Assembly: GCA_977862235.1 (NCBI GenBank)
Contig: OZ374560.1
Coordinates: 2,480,001 to 2,544,000 of the forward strand
DNA length: 64,000 nt
From: Dudresnaya verticillata
Lineage: Eukaryota
Direction: 5' to 3'
The notes below the pieces were generated by a model. That model saw nothing but the letters and a program-made list of their open reading frames with translations, did not search any database and was not told the DNA's origin. Below are positions 26,980 to 39,743 of this stretch, one piece after another. Positions within the stretch are counted from its first letter, which is position 1, and each line of letters opens with the position of its first letter. The position numbers were made by a program, and so were the translations under genes.

Positions 26980-28200
26980 CGGCTACCACCCCGGCTTGTT
27001 AAGCCTGGGCGGGCGGTTTTACCGTTAGATGTCGGCATCTTCTAAACGGGGTTGTTATCGACAACTTTAAAACGTAGGATTCGGTCCTGTGGTTGCACTA
27101 ATCGGGGAACTTCTCCCTAGGATGGCAAACTTCTCAGAACCGTAGTTCTCGGGGTTACGGGCGATTCTGTCCGCGTGGAACTCCCAACGCGCGCGCCCGT
27201 ACAGCCCGTATACAGACGTATTTTTTTGATGACAGGTATTACGATAACCTGCAGGAAGAGTTCCTTGAAGGGGCGTCACTCCACGACAAGGATCTTGTTC
27301 CTTGTACACGATTAAAAACCGCAGAAGCGGTGGCCGTTGCTTGCCTCGAATTTGACGCAACTTCGAAGCTTGATGTGAAGCTGAGAAACCGTCGACACTT
27401 GGCCGACTAGGATTTCATCCTCAGGAAGTAGTTCCTTGAATTCTTACACGGGGAATTCTCGTCCCGTGGGAAGGTCCGAACGACGACTTGCGGATAAGGT
27501 AGTAAAAAGGGGCCGACCCTGAAAACGATTCTAGGTCGGGAGACCACTGTAGTAGTATGGCCCGTCAAGGCAGAAACCCGCCAACCGGCAATGACAGCTG
27601 TCCTGACGGTGCACAACACACTAGCTTAGGTAGCTCGGGGAAAAGGGTTTGGTAGAGACTTTGAAAGGCAAAGAGCCTAAGGGAAAAGGGGAAAAGGGGC
27701 GGCGCCACCCAGCTAGCACAGAGCAACCGTCGTGTGGAGGCAAGGCTCGTAAAGCACCTGAAAGGGAGGTTGGGGGGTTACGGTGAGTCCGTGAATTCCA
27801 GAAAAATGGTAAAGACCCGAAACCCACCGTGGGTTCTATTCAGGAGGCCCCTGCTATTCGGGGGCCTATTAAGTATACAGAGCCGAAAATGCTCTTACCT
27901 CCTATGAACTATTCTAAGCTATTCTAACTGTCATTATTAATCTAATTATACTGTTGTCAGTTATAAATACGGATTAGTGGTAGTACCGCGTCGGGCCGCG
28001 TGGGCGGCCACAATTAATTACCCAATGGCAATTTGCCATCCGATTTGGTGCCAGCAGGGACGCCAGCGAGGCGCATCACCCTTACAGCGCACGGTGCTTG
28101 TACGCGCCTTACAGCTTGATGCGCGTGGGCGTCTTACACCTTGATGCGCAAAAATACCTTACAGTGCGCCAGCACTTCTGCTACGGCTCATTCTTCCACA
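26980..28200 (-). mobile_element. 5'-terminal fragment of a Gypsy family A element (5' LTR 27548-28200, PBS, leader, gag start)
   Basis: Reverse complement of 30079-31290; PBS TGGTCTCCCGACCTAG at 27531-27546; truncated about 20 codons into gag. Confidence 0.92.
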
Positions 28201-30078
28201 CCAAGGTCCTCTTGTCGGCCATGCGGCGTTCCGGGTCGCGACCGATAATCTCGTGACGGGGAGCCGTCCCGGTATCCACTTCGACTTCGTCCCATACATG
28301 GGTTGTCGCCATGCCTGGCACTGCAGAGGCACTGACTGTGCGTGTCTGGCTGTCTAGGAGGATACCTCTCCTCGCGATGGTACGGGTCGTCACCCCTTCT
28401 TCCATCCCGATGTGGCGAAAGTCGGCGTCGGTCGCGTGTTCCTCGCGGAACAGGAGACCGACGTCTCTGGATTTCAGGGGATTCATCTCGTTCACGCATC
28501 AGTCGCCTGACGCGAGCATCCAGAGTCGCGACTCTTAGCCTTTCTTCATCGAGTTCCTTACGGAGGAGCTCGATGGCTTCATTCTGTTATGATCCACGCC
28601 TGCTATTGCCCCAAGGGCGTCGTTCCTCGACTGGTCAACTTCTCAGGAAAGCGTTCCCACGGTATCGTGGACTTTCTCGACACGCTCGACCAGCGAATTA
28701 ACTCGAACGCGAAGCGTCGCGAGTCGTTCTTCTTGTGGGACGCCGGGGTTTCCAAGACGAAGTCGGGACGTTATCTCCTCTTGACATCTGGTCAGCACTT
28801 CATCATTCTGGCGAACGGACGACTCATCGATATATCGTTTGATTCTCGAGAGGGACTCGTCCACCTGGACTTCTAAAGCTGCTGCCAGCTCGAGACCGAC
28901 TGTCCGTTCTATTCCATCTTGGATCATCCTTCCGATTTCTCGTTCAGTGAAGCACCGTTCGGCGGAAGAATTGGCCATCGCCCGGATAGGCATCCCAATG
29001 TCCGGGGTAAGGCTTGACTCGGTCGGAGTGAACCCGCGGGTGTTTACCGAAGGTGGCAACATGCCCGTAGACTCACGCGTTCTGGGATTGCGATCATTAC
29101 TTTCACTTGAGACTTTCGTACTTGCTCCTACTCTAGGTGTAAGGGTTGCAACCCGTTCTTCTTCGTTCAAGGCCCGGCTCCGGCGGCGGAGACCGGAGCC
29201 GGGCAATTCTTCTTGAGCTATTTGAGCCCATAGCTCCTTTCCTTCAGGGACGCTTCCCGCTTGGTCACGGGGAGGACGTCCCAGGGTACCCGCTGAGGGG
29301 CTGCGAACTAAAGCGGTAGCTGCCGTAGTTGCACGGGTGGTCACCCCAGTCAGTCGGACGGAAGACAAGCTCGCCGTTCGGCTGGTGGTGCGACGGCCGG
29401 TGAGGCCAGGTCGCGTGGTTTCACCATTTGATGTAGGCATGGCGCCTGAGTACACTTACTCGCCCGTTGTCGGCTTGATAGCTGCCCGTGGGAGTATACT
29501 GTTCCGGACGGACAGCTGAACGAGCCGTAGCTTTCGGAAGTGCCGATGAGGGCGGGGGACAGTTTTCCCCAGGCTTTCACCGGACAATCCGTACTTCTCT
29601 TGTTTTTCCGTCTTGAACTTGACGCTTCTTGGGAATCGTCCCGTGGTTGAAGTGCTTGTAACCAGAACATTTCGAAAAGATTGTAGCAACAATGGAAGGG
29701 AACCGACCTAGGAAACAATTCTAGGTCGGGAGACCACTGTAGCAGTATGGCAGCGGCCAGAAACAGCAAAGAACAAGAAAAGACAGCTGTCCGTCGTCAC
29801 ACGCTAATTGGTGGTAGCTCGAGGGAGGATTGGTAGAGGTTTGGAGAAGGCGGGCCCTGATGACCTGAAAGGGGGGGTGCGGAAGCACGGTAAAGACTCG
29901 GCGCGACCGACTGAAGGAAGGTATAGAGGTTGCGACCCGGTGTTTCGTAGAGTACTTGTCGTACGATGTCCGGGCCTGTACTGGGCGACCCCTGCAGGCG
30001 CGGAGCGTCCGAGCGACCAAAAGGTGGAAACTTCCCGAACAACTCCGCTGAGTGTTTATTCTGAGGGCGCCGGCTATT

Positions 30079-30721
30079 TGTGGAAGAATGAGCCGCAGCA
30101 GGAGTGCTGGCGCACTGTAAGTCATTTGTGCGCATCAAGGTGTAAGACGCCCACGCGCATCAAGCTGTAAGGCGCGCGCAAGCACCGTGCGCTGTAAGGG
30201 CGATGCGCCTCGCTGGCGTCCCGGCTGGCACCAAATCTGATGGCAAATTGCCATTGGGTAATTAATTGTGGCCGCTCACGCGGCCTGACGTGGTACTACC
30301 AATAATCCGTATTTATAACTGACAACAGTATAATTAGATTAATAATGACAGTTAGAATAGCTTAGAATAGCTCATAGGAGGTAAGAGCATTTTCGGCTCT
30401 GTATACTTAATAGGCCCCTGAGTAGCAGGGGCCTCCTGAATAGAACCTATGGTGGGTTTCGGGTCTTTACCCTGTTTCTGGAATTCACGGACTCACCGTA
30501 ACCTCCCTTTCAGGTGCTTTACGAGCCTTGCCTCCACACGACGGTTGCTCTGTGCGAGCTGGGTGGCGCCGCCCCTTTTCCCCCTTTTCCCTTAGGCTCT
30601 GTGCCTTTCAAAGTCTCTACCAACCTTTTCCCGAGCTACCCAAGCTAGTGTGTTGTACACCGTCAGGACAGCTGTCCTTGCCGGTTGGCGGGTTTCTGCC
30701 TTGACGGGCCATACTACTACA
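30079..30721 (+). repeat. 5' LTR of the family A element
   Basis: Direct repeat of 42609-43258 with scattered substitutions and a 7-bp indel. Confidence 0.95.
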
Positions 30722-30722
30722 G

Positions 30723-30740
30723 TGGTCTCCCGACCTAGAA
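30723..30740 (+). promoter_or_regulatory. Primer-binding site, probably tRNA-Tyr
   Basis: TGGTCTCCCGACCTAGAA is complementary to a tRNA 3' end ...UUCUAGGUCGGGAGA-CCA; G72/A73 fits eukaryotic tRNA-Tyr identity (inference). Confidence 0.7.
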
Positions 30741-31232
30741 TCGTTTTCAGGGTCGGCCCCTTTTTACTACCTCATCCGCAAGTCGTCGTTCGGACCTTCC
30801 CACGGGACGAGAATTCCCCGTGTAAGAATCCAAGGAACTACTTCCTGAGGGTGAAATCCTAGTCGGCCAAGTGTCGACGGTTTCTCAGCTTCATATCAAG
30901 CTTCGAAGTTGCGTCAAATTCGAGGCAAGCAACGGCCACCGCTTCGGCGGTTTTTAATCGTGTACAAGGAACAAGATCCGGGTCGTGGAGTGACGCCCCT
31001 TCAAGGAACTCTTCCTGCAGGTTATCGTAATACCTGTCATCAAAAAAAATACGTCTGTATACGGGCTGTGCGGGCGCGCGCGCTGGGAGTTCCACGCGGA
31101 CAGAATCGCCCGTAACCCCGAGAACTACGGTTCTGAGAAGTTTGCCATCCTAGGGAGAAGTTCCCCGATTAGTGCAACCACAGGACCGAATCCTACGTTT
31201 TAAAGGTTGTCGATAACAACCTCTTTTAGAAG

Positions 31233-33919
31233 ATGCCGACATCTAACGGTGAAACCACCCGCCCAGGCTTAACAAGCCGGGGTGGTAGCCGTACCGGCAG
31301 CTTATCCTCCGTGAGGACCACGGGAGCAAGAACCCGTGCTGTAATAGCCGCTTTGGCTCGAGGTCCTACAGTAGGAGAAGTGGAACGCCCGCCACGAATG
31401 GCGGGCGCACCAGGAGACGAAGACCCGTCTGCCCATGGAAAGGGACAGATCCCTGAAGGAGAAAATACGGCCCGGACTGCAGCCGCAAGCACCGCCAACA
31501 TTGGTTCGAATGAGGGTCCGGACCCTAGTATGCCGCCACCGCAGATGTTTCGAGCTGGTTACAGCCAGCACGACACAGGCGGATTGGCCTTAGAAGAAGA
31601 AACGACTTCATCGCTTCCACCCGATATCGGAATGCCGATGAGAACGAAGGCAAACTCAAGCGACCAACGGTGCTTCACGGAGCGTGAAATTGGTCACTTG
31701 GTTGAGACCGGCATCGAGAATGCTCTCGGAACTAGCGTATTGGCGCTGCTTGAAAGCCAGGCGGACGAAACCCTCACACGGGTGAAACGCTATTTCGACG
31801 ACGCCACCGCTCGTCGAGACGACCAGCTACTGGCTAAGTGCCAAGAAATGGTCATTTCTCGTTGCCAACAACGCCCCTTGAGGGTTTTAGAAGAGGAAAG
31901 GGTCGAGACCCTACAAGCCCAAGTGGACTCCATGGGTGACCAGTTGGAATCGGTTCATCTTGAATTAGATGAAGCCACGAAGGCTGCCGACCTTTCCAGG
32001 ACAGAAGCCGCAATGGCTATCGCGGACATTCAATATAACGTAGACAACGCACGGTGCGTTGAACAGGATAGAGCCATCGAGGTCCTAAGGACAGAACTCG
32101 ATGAGGAGAAGCGTCGTGTCGCTTTTCTGGAATTACAGATGCGGCGCGTAACCCGCGAGAGGGATAATATCCCTGAAGTCATGAGACGACGCTCACCAGT
32201 GCCTCGCGGCACGCGCGACAGGCGTAGGAGGCTACCCCATAGGGGGTCGGACAGTGGGTCCCAAGGTGAAGGGGATGGAGGCCGCTTCCAACAGGGTTGT
32301 CAGTTCAAAAGACCAAGTGGGTCTTCTGCGCACCGCGACCAAGTGGATTCTCATCGTGACCGATATACGAGTCATCGTCACGAAGAGAATCCTCGGTCAG
32401 GGTCTCATCCTAATCCAGGTCCATCGGATGAAGACGGACCGGGCTCCCGTTCGCATTCCAGACCGTCATGGTCTTCGTGGAGGGGTCCCCGACGCTCCGG
32501 TGTGAAGGAGCTGACTCCTAGGAACCCTGCTTTCATACAGGTTTTGTCCTATAGAAGGTATAGGTTATTGAACCTGGATGATTACCGCGGGCCCGAGGTG
32601 ACCGAGGCAACCACGAAAAAATCAAACGGGTTAAGTCCGTTATGCGGAGTCGCCGGTTTGACGGGAGTGACCCAGTGTCAATCATTGGCTTCTTAGCCAC
32701 GCTGAAGAGGCAGCTCGATCAAGCCCACATCAGCGAAGGTGCCGCTATCCTCGTCATCCCCGATTTCCTCGAGAAGGATGCGAAGGATATGTTTGAAGCG
32801 AATTTTGACGCTGCGGGTGACGACAATGGTGGTTTCACCGAATGGCCCGAAGCCGTGAATTACCTTCTTCGGACATATGCCAAGGACGTCTATATTGAGA
32901 GGATTGCCTCTGAGATGGACACCATGGCGCAGGAGCCAGATGAGGACGAAGTAACCTTTTCGAGAAGGTTGCAGAACAAAGCGCGTCGAGTCGCTGGTGT
33001 GTACACCGAACAAGACTTGATAACCAGGTTTATTCGGGGGTTGTTACCAGCGGTGAAGCCGCTTTTAAGTACATCTTCCTTGGACCCAAGGACTGCCAGA
33101 CTGGCGGATCACGTCGAGCTTGCGACTGCACAGGGAGATTCCCATCGGGCGCTAGTGGGTGGCGGACGAACGCCAAAAGCGAATAGGACGCTACCAAGGA
33201 AGACCTTAAAGAAGGTTCGTACCCACAAGTCAGGGCGGGCGCTCCTAATTCGCCAGGCGAAGGATGCATCCGCCTCCGATTCGGATACTCCAAAGAGCAG
33301 CGGCTCTGATGCGGAAAGTGAAGACGCAGTCGTAGCTGCCATCGCTAACGAAGCGCCGCCATCAACGGCGACCCAATTGGATTCGTGGTCGACACAGTAT
33401 TACTACGACCAACCGTATCACGGTGAAGTTGACGCGGTACTGCAGAACTACAATAATAGGCTCCCAGCCTGGGCACAGCCAACCAGGACTCAACGCCCTG
33501 GGTGGGTGACGGTTGAAGACCAACCCAATGATATCTGCTTCGAATGCAATGGCATTGGCCATAAAAAGCCCAACTGTCCGCATTTGGCTCGAACCGATGA
33601 GCAGTCTTTTGAGACTTTAAAAAGAAGGCAGTTTCATCAACTATCACACGAGCAAAAAGCGTGGCTGGCGACCGTTGGCCGACTGCCGGAGTTCGCTAAC
33701 GAGCGAGGGCCCGCCGGGCCGCCCATAGGGCAACGGATGGATCCCCGTCAAAATTTGGGTGCAAGCCAAGGGGGAAATCGACAGGTTCAATTTCAACCTC
33801 GACTGAACCACCCCATCGACGCTCCGAGGCAAACGCCCAGGTCAACACGCCAAGGGACTCGTCCCTTCCCACCACCTCCACCGCTACCGCGGTCGCCCGC
33901 AACTAAGGCGAAAAACTAG
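31233..33919 (+). pseudogene. gag: Gypsy gag (ORFs 31233-32696 and 32642-33919, one frameshift)
   Basis: Coiled-coil N-terminus, retrotransposon-gag-like FDGSDP..QEPDEDEVTFSRRL..RFIRGL and Zn knuckle CFECNGIGHKKPNC. Confidence 0.85.
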
Positions 33920-36900
33920 CGAGGGGGGAACCGGGTTCGGTACACCACATAACGCAGGTGACACCGGAACCCCCCGATCGGTACGTTGAACCCAGCTCCT
34001 CGAGCTACGGCTTCGAAAGCTTCTCATCAACGGATCGACCGGTTGTCAGTGAATCTGTCACTTCTCTTCCCAAGAAGATCTTAGCGCGTCCCGTGGGCTT
34101 ACCCCCTGGACGAAAGTATCACGAGTATTGTAAGGATCCCGTTTGCTCCTTGTCGCGCTACAATTATAAAGTAGCTGCGTCCATCGGGACTTCTGTTGAC
34201 GATCTTACTCGTGTGCTCTCCGTACTGGATACAGGGGCGGGCCCTAATCTCATCCGCGCGGATGTTCTATCACCGAAAGACAAGAAACGGATTTCTACAA
34301 CGCGGTCAATTGTGAACTTGACCTCCGCGTCAAGTCACCGACTAACTACACTGGGAACAGTCTCCCTGATAATCAGGATCGGGTCCTACACGTTTCGGCA
34401 ACCTTTTGTTGTCGTAAGGGCATTGGCAGTAGACGCCATATTGGGTTGCACGTTTATCGATACCCACGTGGAAGGGTTACGCGTCCGCCAACAGAACATG
34501 GTGCTTCGCGACGGGTCCATTCACCCAATTCTACGCCGCCGATGCGGTATACCCCGTGAGGGCAGGTCTGACGAACCAATGGACGTTCCCCCGTTACCTA
34601 CCTCGCGACTCATTCGCGTCACACAAACTACTAATTTACTGCCCGGCAGTGAGTCATGGGTTCCGGTTACCTGTTCCGCCAAAGGAACACATTTCCTGGA
34701 ATCCCTTCCACGCTTATACGAACGCCGTCAAGTCGTCTTGACGAATGGTATCGTCAACATTCAAGAGAACCGTCTCTTCCACGTCAAGGTCGCGAACTTC
34801 TCTTCACGTCCTCAACGGCTTTCCAAGAATCAAAGCCTTGGAAATGCTGTAACGGCGCCCACGCAGACGCCGGTCTACACTATCTCCATCGAGGATAATG
34901 TTCCTGACCGTGACTCGCTTCCCTCGTCCGAAACATTCTCCGATGTAGGGGGGGCGGGGCTTGCTGCTGCTCTGAAAACGGATATAGACTCTAAGCCTGG
35001 AATCAAAATCGCGACATCAGCGTCAAACGCTATTACGGTCGATGACATCGCGCTGGAACACCTGTCCACTTCGGATCGGCGTCGCGTGCGCAAGATGCTT
35101 AAACCGTTCGCCGGTATGTGGGATGGACAACTCGGAACCATTAAGGTGACCGAACACCGTATTGAGCTTCAAGAAGGTTCGAAACCTGTGTTTACGCAAC
35201 CGTATCGGTCGGGCCCTAAAGCCCGTCAAGCAGAACAGGATGAGGTCGACAAAATGCTCAAAGAAGGCGTTATAGAGCCTGCACGCTCTGAGTTTGCGAG
35301 CCCCGTCGTCTTGGTTAAGAAGCCCGACGGGTTCCTCCGCTTTTGCGTTGACTATCGCAAACTGAACGCGATTACAGTGAAGGATACGTATCCTCTGCCG
35401 CGCATGGACGAGTGTTTGGACTCCCTGGGCGAGGCCCAATATTTTACAACCTTGGACTGCAACTCAGGCTACTGGCAGGTTCCGGTTTCCCCGGAGGATA
35501 AGCATAAGACTGCTTTTACATGCCACGCGGGCTGCTTCCAATTCTGCAGGATGCCCTTTGGGCTATGCAACGCTCCGGCGACCTTTCAACGAACGGTCGA
35601 CATCCTCTTATCAGGATTTCGATGGAAATCGTGCCTCGTATACCTCGACGATATTATCGTATTCTCTGCGACTGTCGACGAGCATGTCACGCACGTAAGA
35701 GAGATCCTCTCTGTATTACAAGAAGCAGGGGTCTCCTTGAAACTCAAGAAGTGTAACTTCTTCACAAAGAGTGTCGACTACCTAGGGCACGTCATCCGTC
35801 CGGGTTTATTAGAAGTGGCGACTAAAAATACTCAAGCCATCGAAGGCTTCAAGGAGCCGACCACCCAGACCCAGTTGCGGTCTTTCATCGGTCTATGCAA
35901 CGTCTACAGGCGATTCGTGCCTAACTTCGCTCGCGTGGCAGCTCCGCTCAATGCCCTCCTTCAGAAGGAAGTGGGCTTTGAACTGCCACAGTTCAATGAA
36001 CGTCAGCGCGAGGCGTTCGGCTTGCTGAAGACAGCGCTAATAGCACCTCCTATTCTTAGGTTGCCACAAGAGGGTAAGGCCCTATCGGTGGATACCGACG
36101 CGTGCGACTACCAAATTGGTTGCGCGCTGATGCAAGCCGAAGAAGACGGGACTCGACACCCGATAGGCTTCTGGAGCCGAGGACTGACGAAGGCAGAGAA
36201 GAATGATTCCGTAGGCGAAAAGGAGTGCCTCGCAGTGGTCTGGGCGGCACAATTGCTCAGGCCATATCTAGAAAGGTCCCACTTTGACCTGTATACAGAT
36301 CATCAAGCGCTGAAATGGATGATGAGCATGACAGATGCTTCTGGACGGTTGGCCCGGTGGAGATTACGCCTCCTGGAATACGACTTCACGGTCCAGTACC
36401 GAAAAGGCAAAAAGAATCAGATTGCTGATGCCGTATCTCGGTTGCCCACGTATGGCTTCACGCCATGGGAACCGGACTTGGAGATCCCGTGTCTAGTCCT
36501 CGAGACTGATCCGAGGGAAGAACCCTGCGAAAGGTCGCGACCGGAGCCCAACACGCTACCGTTGGAAGTATGGGAAGTCGAACCCGTCGATGAGTCCGAT
36601 TCGGATGACGAAGCGGTCATCGCCCAAGTGGCCGAGAAGGCCATCCCTCATCATCACAGAAGAGTTGCTCCATGAGCAGAAAACAGATGAATTCTGTATC
36701 TGGGTTCGAAGGAACCTCGAGGCCGGAAAGCCTGGTTGCTATCTCGAGGACGAACAAGGACTCCTAGTCCGGAAGTCGTATATCGACAAGGCGATACAGA
36801 TTCTCATACCTCGCTCTCTTAAGGAAAGGGCGTTACACCTAGCCCACTACCCCGAGATGGCGGGACACCCAGGTGGAACCCGGATGTATCATAACCTGCG

Positions 36901-38431
36901 AAGAAAGGTCTATTGGCCTGAGATGGCATTGGATGTGTACGCCACAGTGCGTAATTGTGTCAAGTGCGCGCAAGAACGGGTGAAGTTGCGGAAACATGCT
37001 TCGCATATGAAACTATTTCCGGCGACCATGCCGTTGGAGTTTGTAGGAATCGATATCCTGGGTCCGCTACCCCGCTCTGGGAAAGGAAACGAGTTCCTGT
37101 TGGTTATGACGGACCGATTCTCAAAGCTGACGCGAGCAATACCGATGAGAACGGTAACCGCCTATACAGTGGCGAAGGCGTTTTGTGACCATTGGGTCTT
37201 TATCTATCGACCGCCCCGTTACGTCCTTTCAGATAATGGATCTCAATTTGCCTCTAAGTTCTTCCTCGCCGTGTGCGATATCATACGGATTCGTAATATG
37301 TTCACGTCGACATACCATCCCCAAACTAATGGGCAAACCGAGAGGTTCAACCGGACCATCCTAGCGGGCCTTCGCCACTTCATAGCGGAAGACCAGAGGG
37401 ACTGGGACGAGTTCACCTCAGCGCTCACGTACGCTTACAATACGACAGTGCATCGCGCTACAGGGTTAGCCCCTTTTGACTTGGTTTTGTCAAATCCGCC
37501 GACTTCCCTACTATTGGAACAAGCGGAAACGGTAGACATTGACGGGATACCCGCTACGAACGTCAAGAAGAGCCTAACCGCTCGGCTGGAAAAGCTCATG
37601 GATACGGCTCTGCCGAGGATGCAACTAGCGCAAAAGCGCTATGAAACCAACTTTAATAACCGCATTCGACCGGCTAACCAAAGGGTACGTTCTGGGTCGT
37701 GGGTATTCCTCGAACGAGAAACCAAAGTGAAGGACGCTGCAGGCGTGGCGAGGGAAGGGAAACTGCTCCCGAAAGCCCTTGGGCCATATAAGGTTCTCGA
37801 GAGAGGAACCCATGTGGTGGTGGTGCTCGACATCAAGGGCGACAGAGAAACAATCTCTTTGGACCGAGTCACTTTGGCTCCGTCGCCACACGAAGCGCCA
37901 CCGGCACTAGACGTGAGCCCCACGGTAGTGGAAATACCACCGGAAACAGGTGTGGCACCTTCAAGTAGCCCAACTGGGCCAACCGACGGGCCCAACACAA
38001 ATGGCACTGGGCCCCCGATGAACACCGCATCAGGCGGTAATGAACTGGCACATCCCGAAGCACCTGGTGCTGAAGGCGAGACACCGGCCGGCACACTTGG
38101 GGATGGGCAACCTAGCGGTGCCCATGCGACGCCTGTTGTGCCACAAACCCAGGAGAACGCTCCTATGGACGATGAAGTGGACGCGCCACCGTCTGCACCG
38201 ACAGTGGCGGAAGGGGCGTCAAGCCGCAAATTTTCGCGCTTCAAGAAGGCGCCACCACACGAACATGTGTACGAAAGGATCGTTTCCTACGACCCCGATA
38301 CACACCTCTATCGGGTGTGTTGGTTCCAGAGCCCGGCTTCAAAGGACACCTGGGAGCCAAAGGGGCATCTCCCTCACAATTTGGTTGTAAGGTATCACCG
38401 CCAAAAAGGGATACCTTTCCCTGACAATTAG
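33907..38431 (+). pseudogene. pol: Gypsy pol (protease, RT, RNase H, integrase, chromodomain) with one frameshift near 36640-36670
   Basis: LDTGAG; LRFCVDYRKLN, MPFGLCNAPATFQR and YLDDII; DTDACD..EKECLA..TDHQAL; HHCC, IDILGP, SDNGSQF and NGQTERFN; C-terminal YERIVSY..YRVCW..DTWEP chromodomain. Confidence 0.95.
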
Positions 38432-39743
38432 CGTGGCGAGCACGTGCGCTAAGTAAGGCATCGGGCCTACAAGTGGTCTCGATCGGGCGCGCCCGACCAG
38501 AACAGCAGTTGGGCTGTAGGGAGTCGGATCTCCCGACTGTTAGATTCACCTCATATGAGTGGAGGTAGAACTTTGGTTCTGGGTTACGAAGCCGACGCCC
38601 TCGCACAAATACGAATGAAGCCTACGGGCTATGAGTGGGATTCGCCCAGGACCGGGCGCACTGAAGCAGTGGCTAGCCTCTCAAAAGATGAGACAATATA
38701 GATGGCTACGGAAGAATCAAGACTCTGGATAGATGCTGGAAGGATTGGATCCTGGATAGATGTATGAAAATGGATAGATGAGAACAAGAGGTGAACTCTG
38801 TAAGATAATGTCGCTAAGGCGAAGTGTAAGCTGGGATTTAGGAGTCGATGCCTCATCGGAGGGGCAACTAACGCTAGCATCAGGCCAATGCCTTAATGGG
38901 TAGGGCGGTCAAAACCTGGCTACCTCAAGGAATCACTCCTGAAAGGCAAAAGCTATGGAGGCCTCGCTAGGGCCTATGCGGGTGATTCTACAGTCTCGCT
39001 GACTAACTTATAATTTAGTATGACCCTAACTCATAAGCGTTACGACGCTTCCTGGCGGCTGAACTGCCCAGAAGCAACGCTACCGCTACCAACACGATGG
39101 GATTGAACCCAGTAAGGGCGTAAGGCAAAAAGGCGCCTAACCCCAGACTCATGAGTCTCTTTACGAACCCCCACCCTTGGGTTGGGACAACTGCGGGGAG
39201 ACGCGTGAGAACCCATTTCATCTGGGAAAAGCAAGCGAATGGACGCTGAGAATTCGATAGGCACGTTAAACGGTGACGGCGTCCCAGGAGGCTGCGTAAG
39301 CCAAAGGGGCTCATGGCGCTAGCACCCGAATGGTACTTGTAGCGAGAACCCACAAGTCCCCGGAAAGGCTACAGCAAGGTGGCGGATGGGTGTGGCCAAT
39401 TAGCAGCCATACGGGCTTTCGCGCCAAAATACGCTACAGTGCGTCGCACTGCACTGTAGAGCGACTGTGGACATTGCTGGCACGTTCTCAGGCAGCGACA
39501 GACGCTAGGGAGGCGTATTGGTCAACAAATAATAGGTTGTCCCACGGTGCTTGAACAAGCAAAGGCACCACTGTCTCACTAGAAAGAAAAGTGGCATCGG
39601 ATGTGAAGGCTCGAAGCCTACCAAAGCAGTGGGTTACGCATAAGGCGAAGTTTATTGCTAAGCGGTTAAGCCGCTGGAGGGGGTCCTAGCACCTATCAGG
39701 CTCGATGTCTCGAGGCATGCCTCAAGACGAGGGCTCGACTCGG

